DNA of 64,000 bases, taken from NCBI GenBank assembly GCA_001179505.1, contig CDMY01000498.1:1-64000 (forward strand), in the 5' to 3' direction. The notes beneath the pieces were generated by a model. The model did no database searches, was not told the DNA's origin, and was given only the letters and a program-made list of their open reading frames with translations. Source of the DNA: Vitrella brassicaformis CCMP3155. Its lineage: Eukaryota; Protista; Chromerida. The translations under genes were made by a program, and so were the position numbers. Positions within the stretch are counted from its first letter, which is position 1; every line of letters starts with the position of its first letter. Positions 43,019 to 55,215 of the stretch are shown here, piece after piece.

Positions 43019-46000
43019 ATGCTGCCTGCGTCGTCTCCTGCAATGCATGTGCGCCTGGTCATTTCATTCTCTGCCTCCCTTAGGTTGGTCGCGACTCGTC
43101 AGCCCACAAGGATTTGGGCGCCAAGGCCGACCATCCCCGCTCATGTCCCAGACATGCCGGAGAACCCTCACAAGACGCCGCAAAGGTGACGACTCACAAA
43201 CACGCCAGCCAGAGAGAGGAGCATGAACTGATCGGCGGACTATTATGTGTGTGTGATGTGTGCAGGGCGGCAGTTCTTCCCCCCTGATTGTGTTGGGCAA
43301 TGCAGCCCCGTCACCTACTTCCTGGCCTGTGGTGGCCGCGGGCAGGCCGACCAAGACCCCCCCACACCGGGACACCACCCGCCATCCCCCGCAACTGTTT
43401 GGCCCGGTGGCTGACAGGCTGTCAGCCACCGGGCCACCCCACAACCAGCAGCAGTTCCATCTCCCCGCCGTGAAGCCCCCTGAGGCCGTCCATGTCCCGC
43501 CCAAGTCGATGCCGCAGTGCACGCACCATGACGAGCTCGTGGCGGCACTCGAGGCGCTCGGGGTGGCCTCCAACCCCAACACATCCTCCAGCTCATGCGA
43601 CAGCCTCTTCCCCGTCAATGTGTCACCGCCCATGTTGCGGCCGCCGAGACTCATGGCCCTCACGCCCCATGCCAGCCAACCTGGGCCCATGACCGGTGAG
43701 GAGAGCGGGGCGTCGAGCGAGCAGAGGCTGCGGCTGCATCGCGCCATGTCGTCGATGAGGCCGCCCCCTCTGCCCCTCCCGCCACTGATGATGATGCACC
43801 AGCCGTGGGTTCGCTTCCTGCCGACCGGCATCCAGGCGAACCCCATGCTGCGCATCAGCCAAGTGTTTCCGCCCCGCAGCCTTTCCGATGCACTCCCACA
43901 CCCAACACAACCACCACTAGCAGCAGCAGCAGCAGCAGCACCACCACAACCACCAGCAGCGGCCACAGCGGAAACCGACAGCCAGCAGCAGCACCAGCCA
44001 GCTGACAGCAACAGCGTCCCCTCACCGGTCACAGCCGCCAAGCCAGAGAGAATTTTGGCCCCATCCGATGGCATCCACAAGCAGGAGACGCGGGCATCGA
44101 CCTCCAACGAGCTGACGCCCTCTCTGTGGGGCTTGGTGGGCGACAAGGGTGCAAGCGAGGAGGGGCGGCGGACGCCCGACACAGGTCGCGACGACGGCGA
44201 CGCCGCGGGATCCCAGGTTGGGGGGTCGACCCCTCAGGCGTCTCCGGCTGGTGTGGGTGAGGGCACTGAGGAGATTCTGCGGATGGAGCGTGAGTTGCAG
44301 CAGAAGCTACCGATGATCGAGAAGGTCGTGTCGCCCGAGTTCATGCAGTTCATCCTCACGGCCATGTTCCAGCTGCAGGCCGCCAAGCTCAACGGCAAAC
44401 ACACAGACGAGGTGGAGCTGCGGCAGGCCGAGGACCTCCTGCACGAGATCATCGAGGGCATCTCCCGTGCCGACGACACCAAGACCGCTGCTATCCGGGC
44501 CACCATGGGATCCGGGAATGGCAATGCCAGTGCTAGCGCCAGCCAGCCTGCGACCAAGCCCTCACCATCACAAGCTGACGGCCAGCCGGTGGCGCAGAGC
44601 ACACCCGTGCAGCAGCAGCCTAAGCCTCAGCCACTCCCCCTCCCTCAGCCCCCTCCCCAGCGCACCACCACCGCCCCCGCCAGCCTCTCCCTCCCGCCCA
44701 GCTTCGACTGTCAACCCACAAGCCCAGGAGGCGCCGGTGCGTCGCCGTTCCCGTCGCCCTTCCCCCGCGCCCCGTCCTTGGGGCAGCCAGACCCCTTCTC
44801 GCCGGCCCATTTCCCCCCCGTTGCTGAGTCGCCCTTCGGCGGCAATGGTCGCGAGAAGCATCCCTTCGGCTTCCCTTCGCTGGACGGCGGTCCCCCGTCC
44901 CCCACGGCATTCGACCCGCCCCCCTTCTCGTCACCGAGGAACGAGGGCGGCGGCATGCTCGGCGAGAGCGGCCGCGAGTCGTCCTATGTGAGTCCCAATA
45001 GCTCGCTGGCGTCGATTGGTCGGCAGCAGTGGTGTGAGGCCGCCAATGGCAGTGGTAATGCCAGCGGGACTGCGGGCGGCAGCGGCGGCAGCAGCAATGG
45101 CGACGAGGTGTTGAGTGAGGGTGCGGGTGTCCTGCGGGTGGTGAGTGCCAAGAAGGGCTGGGACTACTACGTGAGGAAGACGCCGGTGGTGCTGGGGTGT
45201 GCCTCGAGGGCACAGCAGGGCGTGCGGGTCGATGTCGACCTGGGAGACGACAGACGGTACGCTCGGCTCGCGGGGTGGGTGGGTGGCTTGCACTGCACAC
45301 CACAGTACAGTCCGTAGTCATCCATTGATTAAACGTTTGTGTCATTGGCATTGGTTGCGTCTTTGTCGGTCGCTGTCTGTATGTCAGGCTTGACAGCCGT
45401 CATGTGGTGATCCGGTGGGACAGCCAGTCGTCGTGGGGCCGTCCTGAGGGCCGCGGCACTTTCTGGCTCAAGAATGTCGGCGCCACGCCCATCTGGATGG
45501 GCAACTCCGTCCTCACGTAAGCTCCCTCCCTCCCTCACGACGACAGGCATTCAGACATCGGTTGACACAATCACTATTATATTTGTGGCTGTCTGTCTGT
45601 CTGTTTTGTTGTCTTGGTTCCACCGGCCTGCAGCAATCTGTCTCCCGAGCTGGCCCTTCACGACGAGGGTACGATATCGATAGCTGGCGACCAGCTGCAC
45701 ATCACGTGGCAGCCTCAGGCCCCGGCCTCCCTGCCGCCCGTCTCCCTCGACGCCATCGTGCCCTTCCCCCCCAAGCCCTCCCGCAGCAGCAAGGAGCGCA
45801 GCCTCCCCCTGCAGGCCAACCCCCTCCCACGAGCTGCACCCATCGAGATACTCGACTTCCAGACCTTCATGATGGGCATGGCCCACCAGGAAGCCGCAGC
45901 CGCCGGCCAGGCAGCAACTCGACACATGCCCATGTTCTCCCATTCCGAGGCAGCCCCGCCCCCTCTGTCGCCGCCCATGTCGCTCGGGTCGAGTGCGATG

Positions 46001-46954
46001 GGACCCGCCTCCCCCAACCCCGCCACGGGCAACGCGCGGGCGCGCTGCAAGAGGGGGTCGTGCAGGGCAAAGAAGGCGAGGAGCACGGCTGCCGCTGATG
46101 CCGACGGTCTCTACCAGTCGCCCGCCCCCAAGAAGCGGGGCAGGCCGCGGAAGAGACAGAGGCTCGACGATGACGACCCGATGCAGATGGGCGACGACAT
46201 GAATCCCCCCGGCCATGTGCTCGAGAACGAGCGGCCGGCCAAGGGCCGCAAGCAGGCCAACGGGTCGAGCTCGGGGAGGAAGGCTACGGCCGCTAGGAAT
46301 GATGAGCTGGAGCTTTTCGAGGACACGGGGAGCCACGCAGCGTCGTCAGAGGTCAGCCACGAGCTGCGGCGGTCGTCTCGCCGGCGGAAGCGGCGATTCA
46401 TTGACGCCGACAACGACGAGTGGGAGGTGGGACCCGAGTGGGCCGTAGGGCACCACCATGAGCTCCACCAACAGCACGCGTACGACCCATACGCCACCAT
46501 GCCGTATCACCAGCCTCCAGGCAAGGTCCTCACCGACACACCGGCGCCGGACGTCACTCCCTCCCCCCCGGCCAAAGCAACCTCATCGGCCAAGCGGAAG
46601 CACCGGCGGCGGAAGAGGGACCAGCACGAAGAGGATGAGATGTCCCCCAGCCACCCCGGCCATCAGCACCAGCACCAGGCCGACCCCTATGCGGCCACCG
46701 AGGTGGCCTACCATGGCCACCACGGCTACACGCCTACGGGGATGGCGGTGGCGGGTGGGTACGGTGCCACCGACCCCCATGGGCACCACCCCTACCTGCA
46801 CCAGGGTGTGGACTACTCGTCGTCGGGTCTGCAGCCGTGGGAGTCGGGTGTGGGTATGGAGGGGATGGAGGGCGAGGAGGAGATGGGCATGGAGGCCGGC
46901 ATGGAGGCCGACGACGATGATGACGATGGCGGCGGGTACGGCGGGTGGATGTGA
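43019..46954 (+). CDS. MCRS1/FHA2-like FHA domain + AT-hook nuclear protein; true start may lie further 5' (about 42630-42900)
   Basis: WDYYVRKTPVVLGCAS...VDVDLGDDR|RLDSRHVVIRWD...FWLKNVGATPIWMG...ISIAGDQLHITW, and AT-hook KKRGRPRKR at 46130-46156. TGA at 46952-46954. Confidence 0.8.
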
Positions 46955-49553
46955 TGTGATTTGATGCCACCCACTGGGCTGATTGATTGATTGATCCATC
47001 TCACTGACTGGTGGGTGTACTGTACGTCGCGTGAGTGAGTGATAGCTAGGCGGTCTGGTAGGTACCTGATGTGTGTGATTGACGCACGTGTGTGAGGTGA
47101 GTGCGTCAAGGAATTGCGTGTGTGGTGTGGTGTGGTGTAGTGTGGTGTGGATGTTATCTAAACAAAGCCTGGCTGCTTGTGTGGTGTGGTGTTATGTCGT
47201 GTGGTGTCGTGTGTGGGTTGGTGTGAGTGAGAGCGGCTATTTCGTGATTGATCTTTTTGCTGAACGAAGCGACGGGTCGTTTTTCGCATATCCCGCGCTT
47301 CTGCTCACAGCTGTCGGTCGGCTGCCGTTGGATGGATGCATGGGATGCTGTGTGTGCGTGTGTCTGTCTGGGGTGGCCGTGTGTGTGTGTGTGTGTGTGT
47401 GTAAGTATCTGCGTGTATCTAATAATGGGACGGAGACATCGATCAAATCCGCCAGACAGACACATGTGTGCATTCCGCACCAGAACAGAGCAGCTTAGGT
47501 GGTGTGAGGTGTGTGGGGGGCGTGGCTTGGCGTGGTTGGGCAATGCAGTCAGTCAGTCCGTGTGCCGAGGATCGAAACACACACATCCTTGCAGGCCTTG
47601 CATGACGTTACGTGGCAATTGAGGGACGGGGGCGGGGCCTCACACACGGGACGGGCGCCTGTCTGGTGAGTGATTCTGTCTATGTGGGACGCATCGCGAT
47701 TGCTGTTCCGAGGCACGTCTATCCATCCATCCATCCATGCGTGTGTGCGTGTCGCCTCTCTGCGCTGCGCACCTGGCGGACGGATAGACGTGCCTCGAAA
47801 CAGCCATCACGATGGGACGGCCGCACAGGGATGGGAAGGGGACGTCTGAGTGCCCCTCACGCGCCGCCATAATGCAATGCCGTCGATTCTTATTTGTGTC
47901 GACGGCTGGCTGGCTGGCTGGCGGGCTGCCTGGCTGGTTGGCTGCTTGAATGGCTGGCGTGATGGATGGACTGGTGCCTTCCTTGTGTTTGTGTTTGGGT
48001 GTGTCGGGCGTAGCTAGCTAGTTTTTGGGATGACTTTATGGCTGTTGGGCATGGCATGACATGGCTTGGCGTGCATCCACAATCATCCCATTGATGGGGC
48101 TTTCTTTATTGGATCTCTGTCGATGTATCTGTCGAGGAAATATCTACCGGCCTGTCTGTCTGTCTACATAAATATTATCCTAGCGAGGCATGTGTGATGA
48201 TATGTGATGATGTGTGTGTATCTCATCTACCTACCTACCTACCTACCTTGGTACCTACTTACTGAGCGAGCGTATCTGTAAGTGTGGTGTGGTGTGCGTG
48301 GATAGCTGTGTGAGTGTGATGTCTGTGGTGTGTCCTTTGCCTTGCCTTGCCTCGCCTTGCCTACCCTACCTGCCATGTCTGTCTCTCTGTATGTCTGTGT
48401 GTCCGTTTGTGTACCGACGGTATGTACCTCTTCCTAGGTAGAGTGACCACACTAATTATTGCTGCTAACTAACTGATTAACTGACTCTGTGCATGTTATA
48501 TATGTTATGTAGCTCTCTTGTTATACGTGCCTGCCTGCCTCCTGATGCATACGATACGCATAGAGGGATGGATGGGTGGGTGGGTGGGTGGGCGACACCA
48601 ATTCGATTATTGACGACTGACTGTGCTCTCACTGCCTAATTCTACTGCCTGGCCGCCGTGCCGTGCTGTGGAGGCTGCGGTCGACCGACCTTTCGCCTTC
48701 TTCCCATCTATCGAGCTACACGCTGGCCGGCCGGCCTTTTCTCCTTTCTGCCTTCTTTCTGCGTGTAAATGGACCGATGGATGGCTGGGATGGATGGGAC
48801 CCACCGATGGATGGATCAGAAGTTTTGCCTGTCCGGCTGGCTGGCTGCAGGCAGGCAGGCGACAGCAGGGGATACATACACACACACACACTAAATAGGT
48901 AGGTAGTTACATGAATGGGGATGTGGCTGGCTCGGTGCTGGAGACACAATTCGATGAGGTGGGTGGGATGGGGTGGGGGACAGCGGAGTGGAGTGGAGTG
49001 TTGACACGACAGACACCGAATTCATCGTATGTATGCTCGCTTTGTTTGAAAGCATATTATCGATTCATTCAAGAATGAATGGCAGTCAGTCACCCCAGCC
49101 AGCTTGCTTAACCACTTGTATGTCCTTTATTGCTATAACCTCCCTCAGTCACAAATCCAATCTAGATCGAATGATCCCTCAGTCATTCGGATGCAATCAA
49201 TGCACCGCATAAACCCGTCAAACAACCACATCGCCAGCAGTAAGTACCACATTCCACGATTTCCTCTCATCCATCCATTTGGCTTGGCGGGCAAACACAC
49301 ATGCTGCAGATGCAGATGCCGACACACGCATGCAATCAATCAATCAGCCGGAACGAATTAAGACAGACAGAGAGACAGACAGACATGTGGGCATAAATAA
49401 GTGATACTGACGGCCAACCACGCACTCCACACGCACACAGATACGTTCATGGAGATAGATCCCTCACCCGCCCCTCTCCATCTCTCTCTCTCTCTGACCA
49501 ACTCACAAACACCCAGCATCGATCCATCGACTCACTCACCACTCATTTATCAT
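46955..49553. repeat. 2.6-kb non-coding tail-to-tail spacer/3' UTRs with a mosaic of 2-5 nt microsatellites
   Basis: (GTG/GTGGT)n, (GT)n, (GGCT)n, (CTAC)n, (GGAT)n, (GACA)n. No GC3-biased ORF. Confidence 0.7.
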
Positions 49554-52500
49554 TCAAGATCCCTCAGCCCCCTCAAGCCCCGGAGGTGGTGGTGCCAGGC
49601 CGCCGCCCGACACAGTGGGCGGCGTGGAGCTTGCAAACAAGTTGTGGAACGGCCCAGGCACAGGACCACCAGCGGTGCCACCGTTCCCCCTCGCCGCATT
49701 ATCTCGGTAATAGCTGCTGGGGTAGAGAGGGAACCCGCGTGCGGGCGTGTGGGGGGTGACAGAAAAGAGCGAGGGAGGCGTCAGAGGTCGGAGTGCCATT
49801 GGCTGGGGCTGGGCCTGTGGCTGTGGCTGCGGTGACGGCTGCCTGCGGTGCTGCTGGGGTGGGAGGGACGGGGTGGCTGGTGCTGGTGGTGGCCACAGAG
49901 TCGCTCCAGGCTGGAAGGCGCCCCATGACTTGTATGGCGGAAGACTGGCCGACGAAAACAGCGACACCGACCCCGCTGATGGTTTGTGAAGATGCCCGCC
50001 GCTGGTCATGGTCTGTGTCATGGCCGGTGCCATGGCCGCCCCCGTCGCCTGGTCAGCACGGCTGTCATGTCCATTCAGGGGCGGGTTGAAGCCAGCTGGG
50101 GGAAACACGGGCTGCGGCGGGCCGGGTGGGCCAGACGACAGGACGCCACGGAGGGGGTGAGATCCCTGAGGTTCCGCCATGGCGGCCTTGTTTGGGTTGC
50201 TCATGTCGGGTGGGGTGCCGTCGATTGTCCTGGCGGTGTCTCGGCTAAAGGGCCCCACAAGGCCATGTCGTGCCGAGAAGGGCCCTCCAGCAGCTGCCCC
50301 TGATGCCGATGAGGCCTTGAGCTCCTCTGCCAAGAAATGGCCACGCTCCTTCTTGAAGGAAGACGGTGGTGCTGGCACGCTGGCCAGCGTTTCGGTCGTG
50401 GAAGGGCCGACCAACCCATTCCACACCACCCCGGCACCACCACCACCAGCAGCACCACCACCACCAGCAGCAGGGACAGGAGCAGCATCGCGCCCCTGCT
50501 GCTCCTCTCTCTCCTTGATCTCCCGTGGCTTGATGAGTGGCTGGGCGGTCTGTTGGTGTGGGTGTTGGTGTGGGTGTGGATGTCTCTGCTGTGAGGCGAA
50601 GGGGTGTGGGGGCATTGGTGGTACGGGGACGAGGGGCGAGAGGGGTCCGTAGCTGTACTCGAGAGGGAAGAAGAGCAGGTGTGGGTGTTTCTTGGTGAGG
50701 AGGGAGTGGCACTTGTCCGTGTAGGTCAGGTAGTCCAGGTGCAGGTCCAGCCACGCCTGGGCAATGTTCTTGGGCGTCATCAGCTCGATCGGCAGCTCAG
50801 ACAGGAAGGCTACCATTATCGAGTACTGAGGCTCCTTCCGACTGCACACACACATACACACACACATGGTCTCGTCGGTGGCTGCGCAGGTGTAGTTAGT
50901 TGCCTTCTTCGCTTACGTCTCAAACACTCGCACAAGGTACTGCGCCAACTCACGCCTGAAGGGAACAGAGACAGCACAGCACCATGAATCGACCGACTCG
51001 CCCGCTCTGTGTATGTATGTGTCTCTGTCTGTCGACAAGCCACCCCCACCGGGGCCCTCTGTTACCTGAGGAAAGCCGTGACGGCCGGCTGGAAGCAGGC
51101 GTCGAACCTGTTCTCCAGCCACGTGAGGGGCGGCTCTTGCTTCTTGGTGCGTCTCTTTTCCTTCTTGCCGCCGTTGTCTGCCCTGCGGAAGGTGCCGTCC
51201 TCGCCCCTGACCCTGGCCTTCTTGCCGTGCTGCTTCTTGTGCGCCTTGCGCAGTATCTTGGTGGCCTCCTCGACAAACCGCTCGATCATCTCCTCGTCCC
51301 CCAACTGAGACAGAAACTTGCTGTTGTCCTCACGCCGCTTCTTCCGACCCGCACGCCGCAGATCGTCCGGGTCGATGTCCTCCAACACGAAGTCGCCGTC
51401 GTCCTCGTGGTCACCCCTCGCCCGGGCCCTCTTCTTGCGCCTGCGCCGCTTGGCCCCCTCGTCGCTCGACAGGTCTTCCATGGCGTACAGCTGGTCGAAC
51501 GTCGTGATGTCCTGATACATGGGCGACTCGTCGTCATCGGCTCCTGGCGAGGGCGAGGGTCGCGATGGCGCCAGCGGGTGTCTCTTGACGCCAGAGAGTT
51601 CGTAGTGCGCGTCGAGGACGGTCTTCATGCGGTCTGATTTGGAGGGGCTCGACTGCTCGTTGGGGTCGAGCCCCAGCCGCCAAGCACGCTCCACACGAGC
51701 GGCCTTCCTCACCGTCGCCAAGGCCGCGATCGCCTGCAGCTCCTCCTCTGACGCACGAGATGGCGGCTCTCGCTGAGGGTGGTCACCCTTGTCAACACCC
51801 TCCATGCCGCCCTCGTCTTGCTCCTCCGTGGCATCCCCTTCTGACTTGGAGACCATCTTGGCGTCTCGAAGGTCCCCCTGCATGTCCTGCATCCTGCGGT
51901 CCTCCATGGCCACGGCCAACTCGTAGTCGCTGTTGAACGACCGCTGGCGGAACCGCACTGCATGCGCCTCCCGAACGTTGCGGATGAACCGCCCGATGCT
52001 GTCTCCCTTCATGTCGGGGGATGACGACTCGCCCCGACGAACCCTCACGAGGGGGGGCCGGGGCCTTCTCGCCTGGTCGGAGCCTTCCTCTGACTCTTCT
52101 TGATCGGCCTCGTGTGGCGGCTGTAGGTGTGTGCGTCGGGGCGGCGGGGGACACATGCGGCGGAGGATCGACAGATCTTCCTTGACGGCCGCGGGGGCGG
52201 CGTGGATGCGCCAGGGGAAGCGGCGCTTGACTCTGCGCTTCCGTCGGGTGACCATGCCTTGCTGCTGCTGCTGCTGCTGCTGGTTAAACTGCTGGCTGGA
52301 GGGGGCGGGCGAGGGGCGCTTCGACGCACCTGCGCCCTTGATTTGCTGCTTCCTGCCTGCTGGCGGGGTATGTATCCGGTAGCTGTTGTGGAGGGCGGTC
52401 TCTCCCGCCACGCCCTCGTCACCCCCACCATCATTTTTGCGAACGAAGCGGCCGTCCTTGCCGCGAACATGCCGAGACTTCCGGGGCACCTGCTGGCTCT

Positions 52501-54575
52501 TGGCCAGGGCAGCAGAGGGCAAACCATCAGGGATGCCCGGTGTGTGCGGTAGGGGGGAGAGGGTGCCCTTGCCGCCCCGGTCCCGAGTGCGCTTGAGCTC
52601 TGCCTCTCGTAGGTCCCCGATGCGGACGTCCTCTATGGGGGCCTGGCCGAGCCCCGCCTGGTCATCGCCGGTGTGTCGGTACTGCACCCACGGCCAGCCG
52701 TCATCGATGACCAGGGCGATGTACTCACCGCGGTGATCCATGACACGACCCTTCACCTGCACCGCACCGACAGATATTCAAATGACCGTGTGTGTGTCGA
52801 GTCGAGTGAGTCGAGTCGATGGGTGTGTGTGGACCGTACCTCGATGGGCGCCCCAGGGAGGAGGAACTTGATCTGTCTCATCATCTCCCGGATCTCCCGC
52901 GGCAGCCGACGCCGCACCCCGCCCTCCTGACCCCTCTTGACGCCCAACACACCACCCCCACCACCCTCCATCCCAAACGTGGGCAGGGGCGGGATCGAGA
53001 AATCCCCCTCTCTCCCCGCCCGGCCCTCGGGTGTCACTTCCATGTTCTGCGACGCCCACTCCTCCTCCGTGTTGCTGGGTGGGGGCGTCACGCCACCCCG
53101 CATCTTGCGCTTGGCGGCCGGCTGCACCTGGCTGGTGCCCAACGATGACCGCCGACCTGGTCGGGCTGTGGGGGTGGCGGGGAGCAGGGGCGTGTTGGCC
53201 TTGGAGGACGATGCAGAGGGGTCTGCCGCGCCGGCCGTGAGCGACTCTTGTGTGCCGGGGCCGGCAGGAGCAGTGCGCTTGGAACGACTGCAGGAAAGGT
53301 AGGCAGCACAGGACAGCACAGAAGTGGTGCAGAACGGCTCCGTGTCTGTCTGCCTGCCTGTGTGCTGTGTGCTGTGTGCTGCTCTTTGCGTCTTTTACAC
53401 AGGTCGTTCGCTTGCAGTGAGGTCGGCTGACCAGCCCTTGCCGAGACGAACGCAGTGAGCTGGAGCCTGCACACACACACACACACACATGGACCAGATA
53501 GATGTGTGGATGCAGTTAAATATGTCGATCTCTGGCTGTACGGTACCAAATCTCGCTTACTGACTGACCTTGAACTCAGTGGTTCGTGACCATCCGGCGA
53601 GTCTGCATGTGACGAACCGCTGGCCGCCCTCCTCGACGGTCCCCAGCACCCAACCGCTCTCTATCGTCTCTATTCCTGGCCACTTGACCTGGATCTTGGC
53701 ACCTACACACATCACATCACCCACACGCATGCCGTCCGTCCATCCATCCATCCATCCATCCATACACATGTGCCAGATGTGCCAGTGTGGTGTGAGAGTG
53801 CATCCATGGTATGGTAAGGGCAGCCTGGCATATATACATACCCGGCACAAGGATGCGTGGGTCGATAGGTTCCTCTGCAGCAGCGCCCTCAGACGCAGCT
53901 CCGGCTCGCCCTGGGCAATCACTGCCACCGTCCTGGGGCACATCCCTGTCAGTCAGGCCACACACACACACACACTCCATCTAGCTTCATTGACTGACTG
54001 ACGCACATCAAATGCACACTCTTCCCCCTCGTATGCTCTGCACACACCACACACTAACCTCTGTCCGTTGAGACCATTTCCTTCGGTCGAAAGGGCGATT
54101 TCGAGCTCAGGCGAGCCCGTGTCGTCACGAGGGGGCGGCGGAGGTGGGGTGGCTGGTCGGGGTGGGGGGGCCTGTGGCGCGGCCTTGGGTGCCGGCAAAG
54201 GGTGCTTCCGCGGCCTCCCTGGTCCCCTCTTCTTGGGCGCCGCCGCTGACGCTGCCGCTGACGCCGCTGCCGATGCCGATGATGGCTTGTTCTCTTTGTT
54301 GTTCCTCTTCTGGCGCCTGTCTTGCCTCTGGATCTGCTGGGCCAGCAGGGCTGCCTGGGCTAGACGCGGATCTGAGCGAACGAGGGGAGTGGGCGAGGCC
54401 AGGCACACAGACACAACACAACACGAGCAAGGCATCGATGAGCGTCCATGCTCTCACGATAGGATGTGATGTGGCTGGGTGTGTGGCTTGTGCGTGTGTG
54501 TGCGCGTGTGTGGGTGGACGGCTCACCTCGCGATGCAGCCGGCTTCGAGTCGGCCTGCGCTGAAGAGCCCGACAT
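49554..54575 (-). CDS. Large chromatin-type protein: AT-hook-like motif + two Tudor/Agenet-like barrels + Pro-rich tail; start uncertain
   Basis: KKRGPGRPRK at 54206-54235; VGAKIQVKWPG...GWVLGTVEEG; FLLPGAPIE|VQVKGRV...YIALVIDDGWPWVQY; long ORFs 51062-52762 and 49554-50867. Confidence 0.6.
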
Positions 54576-55073
54576 AATCGAATCGATGGATGCCTTGCAG
54601 AAATCGAGAGTCTCCACCCGCTCAGACAACAAACACCTGTGAAGCAGTCAGTCAAAGTCGAGAAGGGGACCCATCAGCCAGCGAAAGATGCCAACCAACA
54701 CGCCATGAGACAGCCCGTCCTTGAGCACTCCCCCTCACCTCCTACAGAGCGATCCCAACCGCAGATCAGCCCAATGAACCAACCGTCCAGCAAGACGCCA
54801 GCACGGGAGTCAGATCGTGCCGCTGTGGGTGAGATATCAGCCCGTTTCCTTCCTGTCGCCCCGGTCAGATGGGTCGCACGCGGTCTGAATGCGCCCCCTG
54901 TCACCACAAAAGCCGTGTCGGGTGGTCCACAGATCCGTCACACGGGGAAGAAGCCTTGAAAGGACGGATCTGTGCACTCTCGCAAGACAAACGCCTTTAA
55001 ACACACCTGAGACGTCGGACAGGACGCTCGGTCCGACGAGATGCGCCGCTAACGTTGAGAAAAAGATCTGACA

Positions 55074-55116
55074 TGCGAGCTTAAAGGTCGAGATTCTGGG
55101 GCCAGTCAAGCTCGCG
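55074..55116. promoter_or_regulatory. Inverted pair TGCGAGCTT...AAGCTCGCG (Tudor/PH divergent spacer)
   Basis: 55074-55082 and 55108-55116. Confidence 0.55.
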
Positions 55117-55215
55117 CTGATGACGTTCCCTGGACGAGCGCTTTAAGGAGGACGTCGCCCGCCGCCACTGCTCAGATCACTCCGCCAGTACTGGCCCTCT
55201 GTCTGAACCATCATC

